From Eledone cirrhosa (Eukaryota): a stretch of 64,000 nucleotides of DNA. A program made the position numbers and the translations under genes. Below, piece after piece: positions 24,712-36,835 of this stretch. The stretch is taken from assembly GCA_964016885.1 (NCBI GenBank), contig OZ024749.1:12338001-12402000 (forward strand), in the 5' to 3' direction. The notes beneath the pieces were generated by a model. The model was not told the origin of the DNA. It searched no databases and saw only the letters and a list, made by a program, of their open reading frames with translations. Within the stretch, counting starts at the first letter, position 1, and every line of letters begins with the position of its first letter.

Positions 24712-27700
24712 TACAAGGTGCACTCAAAAAGTATCTGACTTTATTTCTTCCTGCCAAAATCCATGCTGTATGGGCAAAATCCTTTGGGTAGGAGGTGACA
24801 ACACCTTTCCTGCACATGCGTGAAAATTTTCGTGCAGGTATGTCATGTCAGTTCCCGCCTATTACACCTTGAGTACAGATGCGTAGTGCACACTTGTTGG
24901 ATTTTCGTTTTCATGCAAGATGACTAAACACATTGAGCAGAAATACAGGATCAAGTTTTGGCAAAAGCTTGGTGATACTGAAGCTCAAACCATCCAGAAG
25001 ATTCAGCAGGCCTTTGGTGATGATGCTTTGGGCAAAACTCAGATCAAGTAGATCCTCTTCAAAAATGGCCGCACCTCAGTGGAGAGGGAGGCACACTCAG
25101 GCAAGCCATCCGCAACCCGAAACAAGGAGCTGATTGAGAAAGTTTAGCAAAGATATGTGCTGAAAGTGGCCAGCCATGTGGGTCGCAGAAAATTGGCAAT
25201 TTCACCACAACAATGCACCTGCTCATTCCACCCACATAATCCAAGCTTTCTTGGTGAAGAACAACACATCACTTGTTTACAGGCTCCCTACTCCTCTGAC
25301 TTGGTACCATGTGACTTCTGGCTCTTCCCTAATCTGATAGGGAAGTGATTTGAGTCACAAGAGGAAATTTTGAGAAATCCAACAGTGGAGCTCTAGAGAG
25401 TCTTCTCTGGAATGCTACAGAGGTGTTACCAGTAGTGGTAGAACCACTGGGAGAAGTGTGTGGAGCACTGGGAAAAGTGTGTGGAGCACTGGGAGAAGAG
25501 TGTGAACCACTGGGAGGAGTGTGTGGACCACAGGGAGAAGAGTGTGAACCACTGGGAGAAGTGTGTGAACCACAGGGAGAAGTGTGTGAAGCACTGGGAG
25601 GAGTGTGTGGACCACAGGGAGAAGTGTGTGAACCACTGGGAGAAGTGTGTGAACCACTGGGAGAAGTGTGTGAACCACAGGGAGAAGAGTGTGAACCACT
25701 GGGAGAAGTGTGTGAACCACAGGGAGAAGAGTGTGAACCACTGGGAGAAGAGTGTGAACCACAGGGAGAAGTGTGTGAACCACTGGGAGAAGTGTGTGAA
25801 CCACAGGGAGAAGAGTGTGGACCACAGGGAGAAGAGTGTGAACCACAGGGAGAAGTGTGTGAAGCACTGGGAGAAGAGTGTGAACCACTGGGAGAAGAGT
25901 GTGGACCACTGGGAGAAGAGTGTGGACCACAGGGAGAAGTGTGTGAAGCACTGGGAGGAGTGTGTGAACCACAGGGAGAAGAGTGTGGACCACAGGGAGA
26001 AGAGTGTGAACCACAGGGAGAAGTGTGTGAAGCACTGGGAGAAGAGTGTGAACCACTGGGAGAAGAGTGTGGACCACTGGGAGAAGAGTGTGGACCACAG
26101 GGAGAAGAGTGTGAACCACTGGGAGAAGAGTGTGAACCACTGGGAGAAGTGTGTGAACCACTGGGAGGAGTGTGTGGACCACAGGGAGAAGTGTGTGAAC
26201 CACTGGGAGAAGTGTGTGAACCACAGGGAGAAGAGTGTGAACCACAGGGAGAAGTGTGTGAAGCACTGGGAGGAGTGTGTGGACCACAGGGAGAAGTGTG
26301 TGAACCACTGGGAGAAGTGTGTGAACCACAGGGAGAAGAGTGTGAACCACTGGGAGAAGAGTGTGAACCACTGGGAGAAGTGTGTGAAGCACTGGGAGGA
26401 GTGTGTGAACCACAGGGAGAAGAGTGTGGACCACAGGGAGAAGAGTGTGAACCACAGGGAGAAGTGTGTGAACCACAGGGAGAAGTGTGTGAAGCACTGG
26501 GAGAAGAGTGTGAACCACTGGGAGAAGAGTGTGGACCACAGGGAGAAGAGTGTGAACCACTGGGAGAAGAGTGTGAACCACTGGGAGAAGTGTGTGAACC
26601 ACTGGGAGGAGTGTGTGAAGCACTGGGAGAAGTGTGTGAAGCACTGGGAGAAGAGTGTGAACCACAGGGAGAAGAGTGTGAAGCACTGGGAGAAGAGTGT
26701 GAACCACAGGGAGAAGTGTGTGAACCACAGGGAGAAGTGTGTGAACCACAGGGAGAAGTGTGTGGACCACTGGGAGAAGTGTGTGAAGCACTGGGAGAAG
26801 TGTGTGAAGCACTGGTAGAAGAGTGTGAACCACTTTGAGAAGTGTGTGAACCACTTTGAGAAGTGTGTGAACCACTGGGAGAAGTGTGTGAACCACAGGG
26901 AGAAGTGTGTGAACCACTGGGAGAAGTGTGTGAACCACTTTGAGAAGTGTGTGAACCACTTTGAGAAGTGTGTGAACCACAGGGAGAAGTGTGTGAACCA
27001 CTGGGAGAAGTGTGTGAACCACTGGGAGAAGTGTGTGAACCACTGGGAGAAGTGTGTGAACCACTGGGAGAAGTGTGTGAACCACTGGGAGAAGTGTGTG
27101 AACCACAGGGAGAAGTGTGTGAACCACTGGGAGAAGTGTGTGAACCACTGGGAGAAGTGTGTGAACCACAGGGAGAAGTGTGTGAACCACAGGGAGAAGT
27201 GTGTGAACCACTGGGAGAAGTGTGTGAACCACTTTGAGAAGTGTGTGAACCACTTTGAGAAGTGTGTGAACCACTGGGAGAAGTGTGTGAACCACTGGGA
27301 GAAGTGTGTGAACCACTGGGAGAAGTGTGTGAAGCACTGGTAGAAGAGTGTGAACCACTGGGAGAAGAGTGTGAAGCACTGGGAGAAGTGTGTGAAGCAC
27401 TGGGAGAAGTGTGTGAACCACTGGGAGAAGTGTGTGAAGCACTGGGAGAAGTGTGTGAAGCACTGGTAGAAGAGTGTGAACCACTTTGAGAAGTGTGTGA
27501 ACCACTTTGAGAAGTGTGTGAACCACAGGGAGAAGTGTGTGAACCACTGGGAGAAGTGTGTGAACCACAGGGAGAAGTGTGTGAACCACTGGGAGAAGTG
27601 TGTGAACCACTGGGAGAAGTGTGTGAACCACTGGGAGAAGTGTGTGAACCACTGGGAGAAGTGTGTGAAGCACTGGTAGAAGAGTGTGAAGCACTGGTAG

Positions 27701-30258
27701 AAGAGTGTGAAGCACTGGTAGAAGAGTGTGGACCACAGGGAGAAGTGTGTGAAGCACTGGGAGAAGTGTGTGAACCACTGGGAGAAGTGTGTGAAGCACT
27801 GGGAGAAGTGTGTGGACCACTGGGAGAAGTGTGTGAAGCACTGGGAGAAGTGTGTGAACCACAGGGAGAAGTGTGTGAAGCACTGGTAGAAGAGTGTGAA
27901 CCACTGGGAGAAGTGTGTGAACCACAGGGAGAAGTGTGTGAACCACTGGGAGAAGTGTGTGAACCACTGGGAGAAGTGTGTGAACCACTGGGAGAAGTGT
28001 GTGAACCACAGGGAGAAGTGTGTGAAGCACTGGGAGAAGTGTGTGAAGCACTTTGAGAAGTGTGTGAACCACAGGGAGAAGTGTGTGAACCACTGGGAGA
28101 AGTGTGTGAAGCACTGGTAGAAGAGTGTGAACCACTTTGAGAAGTGTGTGAACCACTGGGAGAAGTGTGTGAACCACTGGGAGAAGTGTGTGAACCACAG
28201 GGAGAAGTGTGTGAACCACTTTGAGAAGTGTGTGAAGCACTAGGAGAAGTGTGTGAAGCACTGGGAGAAGTGTGTGAACCACTTTGAGAAGTGTGTGAAG
28301 CACTGGTAGAAGAGTGTGAACCACTTTGAGAAGTGTGTGAACCACAGGGAGAAGTGTGTGAACCACAGGGAGAAGTGTGTGAACCACTGGGAGAAGTGTG
28401 TGAAGCACAGGGAGAAGTGTGTGAACCACTGGGAGAAGTGTGTGAACCACTGGGAGAAGTGTGTGAAGCACTGGTAGAAGAGTGTGAAGCACTGGGAGAA
28501 GTGTGTGAAGCACTGGGAGAAGTGTGTGAACCACTGGGAGAAGAGTGTGGACCACAGGGAGAAGTGTGTGAAGCACTGGGAGAAGTGTGTGAACCACTGG
28601 GAGAAGTGTGTGGACCACTGGGAGAAGTGTGTGAAGCACTGGGAGAAGTGTGTGAACCACAGGGAGAAGTGTGTGAACCACAGGGAGAAGTGTGTGAAGC
28701 ACTGGGAGAAGTGTGTGAAGCACTGGGAGAAGTGTGTGAAGCACTGGTAGAAGAGTGTGAACCACTTTGAGAAGTGTGTGAACCACAGGGAGAAGTGTGT
28801 GAACCACTGGGAGAAGTGTGTGAACCACAGGGAGAAGTGTGTGAAGCACTGGGAGAAGTGTGTGAAGCACTTTGAGAAGTGTGTGAACCACAGGGAGAAG
28901 TGTGTGAACCACTGGGAGAAGTGTGTGAACCACTGGGAGAAGTGTGTGAACCACTGGGAGAAGTGTGTGAACCACTGGGAGAAGTGTGTGAACCACTGGG
29001 AGAAGTGTGTGAACCACAGGGAGAAGTGTGTGAAGCACTGGGAGAAGAGTGTGAACCACTTTGAGAAGTGTGTGAACCACTGGGAGAAGTGTGTGAAGCA
29101 CAGGGAGAAGTGTGTGAAGCACTGGTAGAAGTGTGTGAACCACTTTGAGAAGTGTGTGAACCACAGGGAGAAGTGTGTGAAGCACTGGTAGAAGAGTGTG
29201 AACCACTTTGAGAAGAGTGTGAACCACTTTGAGAAGTGTGTGAACCACTTTGAGAAGTGTGTGAACCACTGGGAGAAGTGTGTGAACCACTGGGAGAAGT
29301 GTGTGAACCACCGGGAGAAGTGTGTGAACCACTGGGAGAAGTGTGTGAACCACTGGGAGAAGTGTGTGAACCACAGGGAGAAGTGTGTGAACCACTGGGA
29401 GAAGTGTGTGAACCACAGGGAGAAGTGTGTGAAGCACTGGGAGAAGAGTGTGAACCACTTTGAGAAGTGTGTGAACCACTGGGAGAAGTGTGTGAAGCAC
29501 TGGGAGAAGTGTGTGAAGCACAGGGAGAAGTGTGTGAAGCACTAGGAGAAGTGTGTGAAGCACTGGGAGAAGTGTGTGAACCACGGGGAGAAGTGTGTGA
29601 ACCACTGGGAGAAGTGTGTGAACCACAGGGAGAAGTGTGTGAAGCACTGGGAGAAGTGTGTGAACCACTGGTAGAAGAGTGTGAACCACTTTGAGAAGTG
29701 TGTGAACCACAGGGAGAAGTGTGTGAACCACTGGGAGAAGAGTGTGAACCACTTTGAGAAGTGTGTGAACCACAGGGAGAAGTGTGTGAACCACAGGGAG
29801 AAGTGTGTGAACCACTGGGAGAAGTGTGTGAACCACTGGGAGAAGTGTGTGAAGCACTGGGAGAAGTGTGTGAAGCACTGGGAGAAGTGTGTGAAACACT
29901 GGGAGAAGTGTGTGAACCACAGGGAGAAGTGTGTGAACCACTGGGAGAAGTGTGTGAAGCACTGGGAGAAGTGTGTGAACCACTGGGAGAAGTGTGTGAA
30001 GCACTGGGAGAAGTGTGTGAAACACTGGGAGAAGAGTGTGAACCACTGGGAGAAGTGTGTGAACCACAGGGAGAAGTGTGTGAACCACTGGGAAACACTA
30101 CCAAGGATCATATAATGAAAACATGACGAGGGGCTTCATATAGGGCCTGAGTCATGAAAGCAATTTGCAGCTTAAGTGTAAATCCTCCAAACCCAATCAC
30201 TTCTAAGTATTTTGTATAATCCTAGAATAAATAAATGCTACTTTTTGAATCATATGTA
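24712..30258 (+). mobile_element. Internally deleted mariner transposon interrupted by a 21-bp satellite
   Basis: Left end TACAAGGTGCACTCAAAAAGTA; degenerate right end TACTTTTTGAATCATATGTA. The HTH region reads EQKYRIKFWQKLG...QQAFGDDALGKTQI...FKNGRTSVE. The catalytic region reads HHNNAPAH...PYSSDLVPCDFWLFP, with stops and frameshifts. Confidence 0.88.
25441..30093. repeat. 21-bp tandem array, 221 full units plus a partial unit
   Basis: Unit GAACCACTGGGAGAAGTGTGT with variants. (30082-25441)/21 = 221 exactly, so there is no net indel. Confidence 0.99.
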
Positions 30259-30984
30259 ATTTTATTCCAACTTTGTTTGAATGACAATTGTTCACATTTG
30301 GCATTTTTCCCAGTGGGATTAGATAAATCTAGGAATACTATTATCATGACCAAAAAAGCAAAGTTTTAAGGAAATATTAGCCATTTTTCATAATTTCTAG
30401 GTATAAGCAAATAGAAAATAATAGTTGCTACCCAAGGACAAACATTGTGTTACACAGTGTTATTCAACTCTTGTTCTCATTCTTACCCACTACAGTGATG
30501 CCACACTTTCTGTGCTGGATAACTCGATCTATTTGGCTCTCTCTCTCTCTCTTTACTTATTTATCTATCTACCTGTCTACATTTCTATCTGTCTATGTAT
30601 GTATTATGTTCTTCTGGTTTTATAATTTCACAAATTTTCACCAATAGAGTCAGTTTCTAACATAGATACAAGACTCTCTCATTAGAATTTACACAACATC
30701 AACTAGGTAGATATGTATGCATTTCTGCATGCATGTGTGTGCAGGTATGGATGTTATTGTATGTGTGGATGTGTATGTTTTGAGTTGTATGTGTGCATGT
30801 GTATATGCTTTGTATCTGTACAAGTGTATATGCAGTTATTAGATGCCGAATTTTTGGAATGTTTTACATATTTTTACTGTTCCATTAATGGATTGTACTT
30901 GTAATTTCCTAACTAGTTGTGTGTGTATGTATGTATGTATCTATCTATCTCTACCTGTCTATCTGCCTATCTATTATATAAATA

Positions 30985-31545
30985 TGTAACCGACCTGTGG
31001 AACTATGCAGAACAACTGCTGTCGCGTATGGGACAAATCCAGTTGACTGCCGAGTCCATAGTAAGGATCAAACCGCCAGCCTCTTTCAAAAACGAAAGAG
31101 AGGCGGTTTTCCTCTGTACAGTGGCTATGGTGAATGAGGTTGAGAAGACTGAGGACAGATGCCTTTCTCTCTGGACAACAATTGATTCCTTTCTTTAAGT
31201 ATCACTTTAGAAGGAGAATCAGGGTGGAGAGAGAGGCACTGCACCCCAGTAAATTTACTGAAAGGTGGGTGAATGAAGTGAAAATGGCCCGAGTGATTGG
31301 GCCTTCTCTGTTTATAAGCCTGTAGGTTGAGGAAGAGAGCAAAAGGAAGAAAGCAGGACTTGCACAACACGCTCCTGGAGTTGACGGGGTATTAAACAAT
31401 CCATTTGTGGCGCCTCCCCCCTATTGGGGATTTCGATTGTTGTAATTGTTTGTTTTTATATTTTTTACACGACTATGTAAAATTCCCGGCATGTCTTTGT
31501 ATTGTCCCCTTTTCTTGTGCGCCCTTGTGACTAATAAAGAAATAT
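30985..31545 (+). mobile_element. L1/Tx1-clade LINE 3' end
   Basis: Reads VTDLWNYAEQLL...VFLCTVAMV and FFKYHFRRRIRVEREALHPSKFTERW, resembling a Tx1 ORF2 C-terminus. It has a T-rich 3' UTR with AATAAA and is flanked by (TCTA)-type microsatellite. Confidence 0.65.
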
Positions 31546-32104
31546 ATCTATCTATATATCTACCTACCTTCTTGTATGTCTGTCTAGTTGTATATCTATC
31601 TGTCTGTCTGTCTACCTATCTGTCTTGTGAACAACTTCAATGTTGTCTCTTATATACAGCTTGTGAATATTTTATTCTAGAAAATGAAATTATCACTTAC
31701 TTAGAGGTAATATCTGAAGTGATTGTATTGCTAAAGAATTAAGAAAATGAACTTCATCATTTCTAAGAGAAATATAATATGCTGTCATTCGTAGTGTTAT
31801 TTTAAAGGGAACACACATTTCGAGGCGACAATATGGCAGCAAAGATATAAGCTCCATCTTATTGAAATTTCTAGTAATTTCATTATCTCGCAAGAAAAAT
31901 GATCCAATATGTTCATAGCTCTTGTCACAAAAGACAGTTTTCAAGGGTTGGCTTCGTAATTTCTTTCCTAGAGGAAAATATGTTTTCTTGTTTCCACAAA
32001 GAATGGTGGAGTGGGGATATAATATTTTTTCATTGCATTTGAATTATCTTAAATTTTAGAAATACGATATATTATATTATAAAAAATATGTATGTATGTA
32101 TGTA

Positions 32105-32995
32105 TCATCATCATCACCGTTTTACGTCCGTTCTTCCACGCTAGCATGGGTTAGATGGGTTGTCCTGTTGTGGGCAGTGTCTGGTCGGCTGACCATGCCT
32201 TGCTCATACAGGAACTGATTTTGGCTTGATTTCTACAGCTGGATGCCCTTCCTAACACCAACCTCATTTACAGTGAGTGTTGGGTGCTTTTTCCGTGGCG
32301 CCTACACGTCCACTTTACAGTGTGAGTTGGGTGCTTTTTTGCCGTGGCACCTCCAGGACCACCTTGCAGTGGGGGGGGGGGGGCACATTGTCTATATGCT
32401 TCAGCTTGTACCCATGGGTCGAGTACTCTGTATTACTGCGTGACGCCAGAGGTCACGGTCGTGTGTCATCGCCTTTGAGAGGTGTAATTGGGTAAGGTCG
32501 GCTTTTATCACCTCATCCCAGGTCTTCTTGGGTCTCCCCACTCCACGGTTTCCATTAACTTCTAGTGCTCTGCACCTTTTTATGCAGCTGTCATCCTTCA
32601 TACGCATCACATGTCCATACCAACGCAACCGCCTCTCCTGCACACAGCATTTGATTCCTCTTACACTCAGTCTCTCTCTCAATTCATTTATGCTTTGTCG
32701 TTCACGTATATTACTATTACACATCCATCTGAGCATGCAGGCTTCGTTTCTTTCTAATCTATGTAAGTCTTCCACCTTCAGGCCCAGGTCTTACTACCAT
32801 GTAACATTGTTGTTCGGATACACACATCATACAGTCTGCCTTTCATTTTGAGGGAGAAGCCTTTTGCAGCTAGCAGTGGCAGTAGTTCCCTGAACTTCTT
32901 CCATCCTGTTCTTACCCTAGTTATTGTACTTTCTGAACACCCACCTCCGCTGCTAATTCGGTCACCTATGTAGCAGAAGCTGTCAACTGTTTCTA
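32105..32995 (-). mobile_element. RTE LINE 3' fragment with full 3' UTR
   Basis: ORF 32401-32775 reads LERNEACMLRWMC...GRPKKTW. The (CAT)n tail is at ~32105. Confidence 0.9.
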
Positions 32996-33024
32996 CATGT
33001 ACATATGTACATATGTATGTATAT

Positions 33025-33278
33025 AGTTGGTGCTACTGGTAACAGTATCCCAGTACAACCTGTCACATGGTCGGGTCGTTGGCGACTAAACTGGCAACCC
33101 CACCAAGGTTTCTTGGTGAGGAGGGTGACTTTGGACATCCTGCAGGACTAAAAACAAAACCTGAGTTTTCAAGTCGCTGGCTGGACTAAAAAGTCACACT
33201 CGTTCAGCGCATCGGTAGGGGTTCTCCTACATGGATATAAAGTAGCGGCCGTACTCGAAAACGAGTTGGCAGCCACCA
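33025..33278 (+). mobile_element. Shorter bipartite RTE derivative
   Basis: Near-exact reverse complement of 12516-12379 joined to 12042-11927 at AAAACCT|GAGTTTTC, followed by (ATGT)n. Confidence 0.8.
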
Positions 33279-34126
33279 TGTATGTATGTACGTACATATG
33301 TATGTATATATGTACGTATGTAACCTTAAGAAGCTGAACTTCACAACAGATGACAAAGGATTGTGAGAACTGGTGATATGCTATGCTGGTGAAAACCCAT
33401 CTATCAACCTAATACCTGACCTAACCCATCCAAATATCATCCTTCCCCTGCTCTCACCCATTACCAGCTATCCTCAGTGTAGCTGCACACTTCACAACCC
33501 CCACCCCTGTCTTTGTAGTAGTTATTCTCAGCATCACTGTAAACTTCCACCCTTATTCTATCCAGGGTTACTTCCACATCTCCTAAATCCTAACACCCTT
33601 ACCCTACCCACGATCACCCCTCATCCATCCTCTGACTCAATTCTAGATATCCCTCCCATTAAATCCTGATACACCAATCATAGCCCACCCCTTTTCACTA
33701 TCTGTTAACACCACAGTACCTCTCACATAGTCAGATGTTCATTCACCATCCCATTCACCCCTTTTACCCTGCCAAATCACCCCCACTGACACATGGCAAC
33801 ACCCCACCTATGTCTATAGGGTAGAGAGGCTGCTTCAGATGAGTGTTGGTGCCATGAAAACTGTCCCCAGTACACCCTGTAATGTGGTTGTCAATAAGAA
33901 GGGCACCCTACTGTAGAAACCATATCAAACATGGGGTTGGATTCTTTAGCTCTATTTTGTAGGTTTTCTATGGCTGGCTTTTCTCATATCACCAATCACT
34001 TTACAGAGTGTACTGGGTGCATTTATCATGTAGATCACCAAACTTTCTCATTATCAGGCTGGTGTTTGGAACTTAACAAAATTTTGATGGAAGCTTTTTA
34101 AATAAATATAAATATTTTAAAATCAC

Positions 34127-34824
34127 CAGTTTTGTATTGTAGAACTGGGAGAGGGGCCATTTTCAGACAGTTTTGTATTGTAGAACTGGGAGAGGGGCCA
34201 TTTTCAGACAGTTTTGTATTGTAGAACTGGGAGAGGGGCCATTTTCAGACAGTTTTGTATTGTAGAACTGGGAGAGGGGCCATTTTCAGACAGTTTTGTA
34301 TTGTAGAACTGGGAGAGGGGCCATTTTCAGACAGTTTTGTATTGTAGAACTGGGAGAAGGGCCATTTTCAGGCAGTTTTGTATTGTAGAACTGGGAGAGG
34401 GGCCATTTTCAGACAGTTTTGTATTGTAGAACTGGGAGAGGGGCCATTTTCAGACAGTTTTGTATTGTAGAACTGGGAGAGGGGCCATTTTCAGACAGTT
34501 TTGTACTGTAGAACTGGGAGAGGGGCCATTTTCAGTCAGTTTTGTATTGTAGAACTGGGAGAGGGGCCATTTTCAGATAGTTTTGTATTGTAGAACTGGG
34601 AGAGGGGCCATTTTCAGACAGTTTTGTATTGTAGAACTGGGAGAAGGGCCATTTTCAGACAGTTTTGTATTGTAGAACTGGGAGAGGGGCCATTTTCAGA
34701 CAGCTTTGTACTGTAGAACTGGGAGAGGGGCCATTTTCAGACAGTTTTGTATTGTAGAACTGGGAGAGGGGCCATTTTCAGACAGTTTTGTATTGTAGAA
34801 CTGGGAGAGGGTCCATTTTCAGAC
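34127..34824. repeat. 41-bp tandem array, ~17 copies
   Basis: Unit CAGTTTTGTATTGTAGAACTGGGAGAGGGGCCATTTTCAGA. Period measured 34127->34168. Confidence 0.97.
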
Positions 34825-36358
34825 ATTTTCGTATCAAAAGGATGAAAACCAACAATAATGTAAATCAACTCATTTATCATTCATTGCCTTCATTCCACTG
34901 GCTAATTGCAAATTTTATTACAATTCTCATGTTTGTATTTTATATATATTTTCTTGGCAAACTTGTTTTCTCAATTACCTGTTATATGTTCCATCTTTAT
35001 AATTATAAAGGAAACAATCTATTATTGAATTTATATGGTTTATTTCTGGTTATGATATATGACAATATGTAAATACGTTCTTTTCTTTATGTTTGAAATA
35101 GTTATTTACCACATCTCAGTGGTCTAATTTCGATATTAGCTCCTACTACTATCATTATAGATACTTTGATAAATATGATGATGATGATGATGATGATATA
35201 CTCATGTATAAATCATATATATCTTATATATATAAATATCATAAAAATGGAGTGAAAAAACCTAGCATGCTAATTATCTCCTGAACCTACAAAACCTCAA
35301 TTTAAAATATAAGGTGCATGGTAAATGTTGTATATAAAATGGATGTGTGACTTGTACATGAGTATAAAGATGTGTGTAATGTATATACTTGTGTATTTTA
35401 CATATATAAAGTACATCATGATTGTTATATATAAAACAGAAGTGGGTCTTGTACACAAGTATGTAGACAACATTGTATAATGTATATACTTGTCTATAAG
35501 TCCAATGTACATTAAACATAAATATGGAGCGAAAGAACCAACATCTACTGGACCTAGAAAACCTTGATTCAAAATATATGGTACATTGTGAATGTTATAT
35601 GGAAACTAGTGGTGGGACTTATCTATTGGACCTAAAAAACCTGAATTTAAAATATACCAAACAGCACTATGACTACATTACATTAGATATTAAAGCCTTT
35701 ACTTTAGTTTACTGCAAAATTTCACAACAACTTGTCCACAAGTAAAGATACTCTAAACATTTGAATTAACAAACCTGTTTTTAGATAGAAAATATCTAAA
35801 ACATCATTACAGGATATTAAGAGTTAAACCTATAGAAAACCAGATATAAAGACATTTTATTTGAATAACTGTTAGTAATTGCATTTATAGCGTGGAAAAA
35901 TGGACGTAAAATGTGACAATGTTGTTGATCTGTCCACAAATAAAGATACTATAAACATTTGAATTAAGAAACCCATTTTTAGATACTTTCTGCTAAATCA
36001 TTAGAGGATGTTAAGAGTTAAGTCATTTGAACTAGGATAAGCTCCAGTCTTTATCCAAGCATGGAAGTATGGACATAAAAATGATAACTCACTTTCGCTT
36101 ACTTCAATAACTGAGATTAACTGCTCTCTGTGTCTCTATTTCATTGATCCATTACAATTACTGAACAGAAGGAGATTATCATGTTAAAATGATACCCATA
36201 AAGATGTATTTAGAAATGATAACATTGACTTGTAAAGCCTCTGTCCTCTCTGTTACATTTATTTTCTAATGAAAACTGATATATTGGTCACTGACATTCT
36301 AAACATTTGTAAGAGTGCTATAGATTTGTGGCACTTTTTCTAATGGATTTCTTGAAGT

Positions 36359-36396
<38 letters not shown>

Positions 36397-36484
36397 TTAA
36401 ATATTATATATATGTATGTATCGTGAGAGAGAAGACAGTATATATTCTCTTTTGTAATCCTTTAATTTATATATATATATATAT

Positions 36485-36519
<35 letters not shown>

Positions 36520-36835
36520 CCACAAATATACATCTGTATGTATCTGGTTATATCGAACATTAATAATAATGTTCGATTCGCTTGTAAACAAACGGCCCGA
36601 TTTGAAGCTGTGCCATGCCGGTGACGGATCGTCACCTGTTTGTTCAACACTGGCTTTGAGGAATAATCAACATGTTTCTGGGTCATTACTTTATTTCACA
36701 TTGCTCCGGTTTACTCAGCTGTAGAAATGAGATGATAGGGACTGGGGTCCATATCATTCCACTGCAAAGTGGTCGTGGAGGTGCCACGGCAAAAAAGCAC
36801 CCAGCACTCACTGTAAATGAGGTTGGTGTTAAGAA

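Noticed and set aside
25329-30104. 1591-aa and 1557-aa minus-strand ORFs (SPSGSHT / VHTLLPV repeats) as a mucin-like or structural gene
   Set aside because: These are stop-free frames of a 21-bp satellite with no signal peptide or unique domain. The unit derives from the opposite-strand mariner frame.
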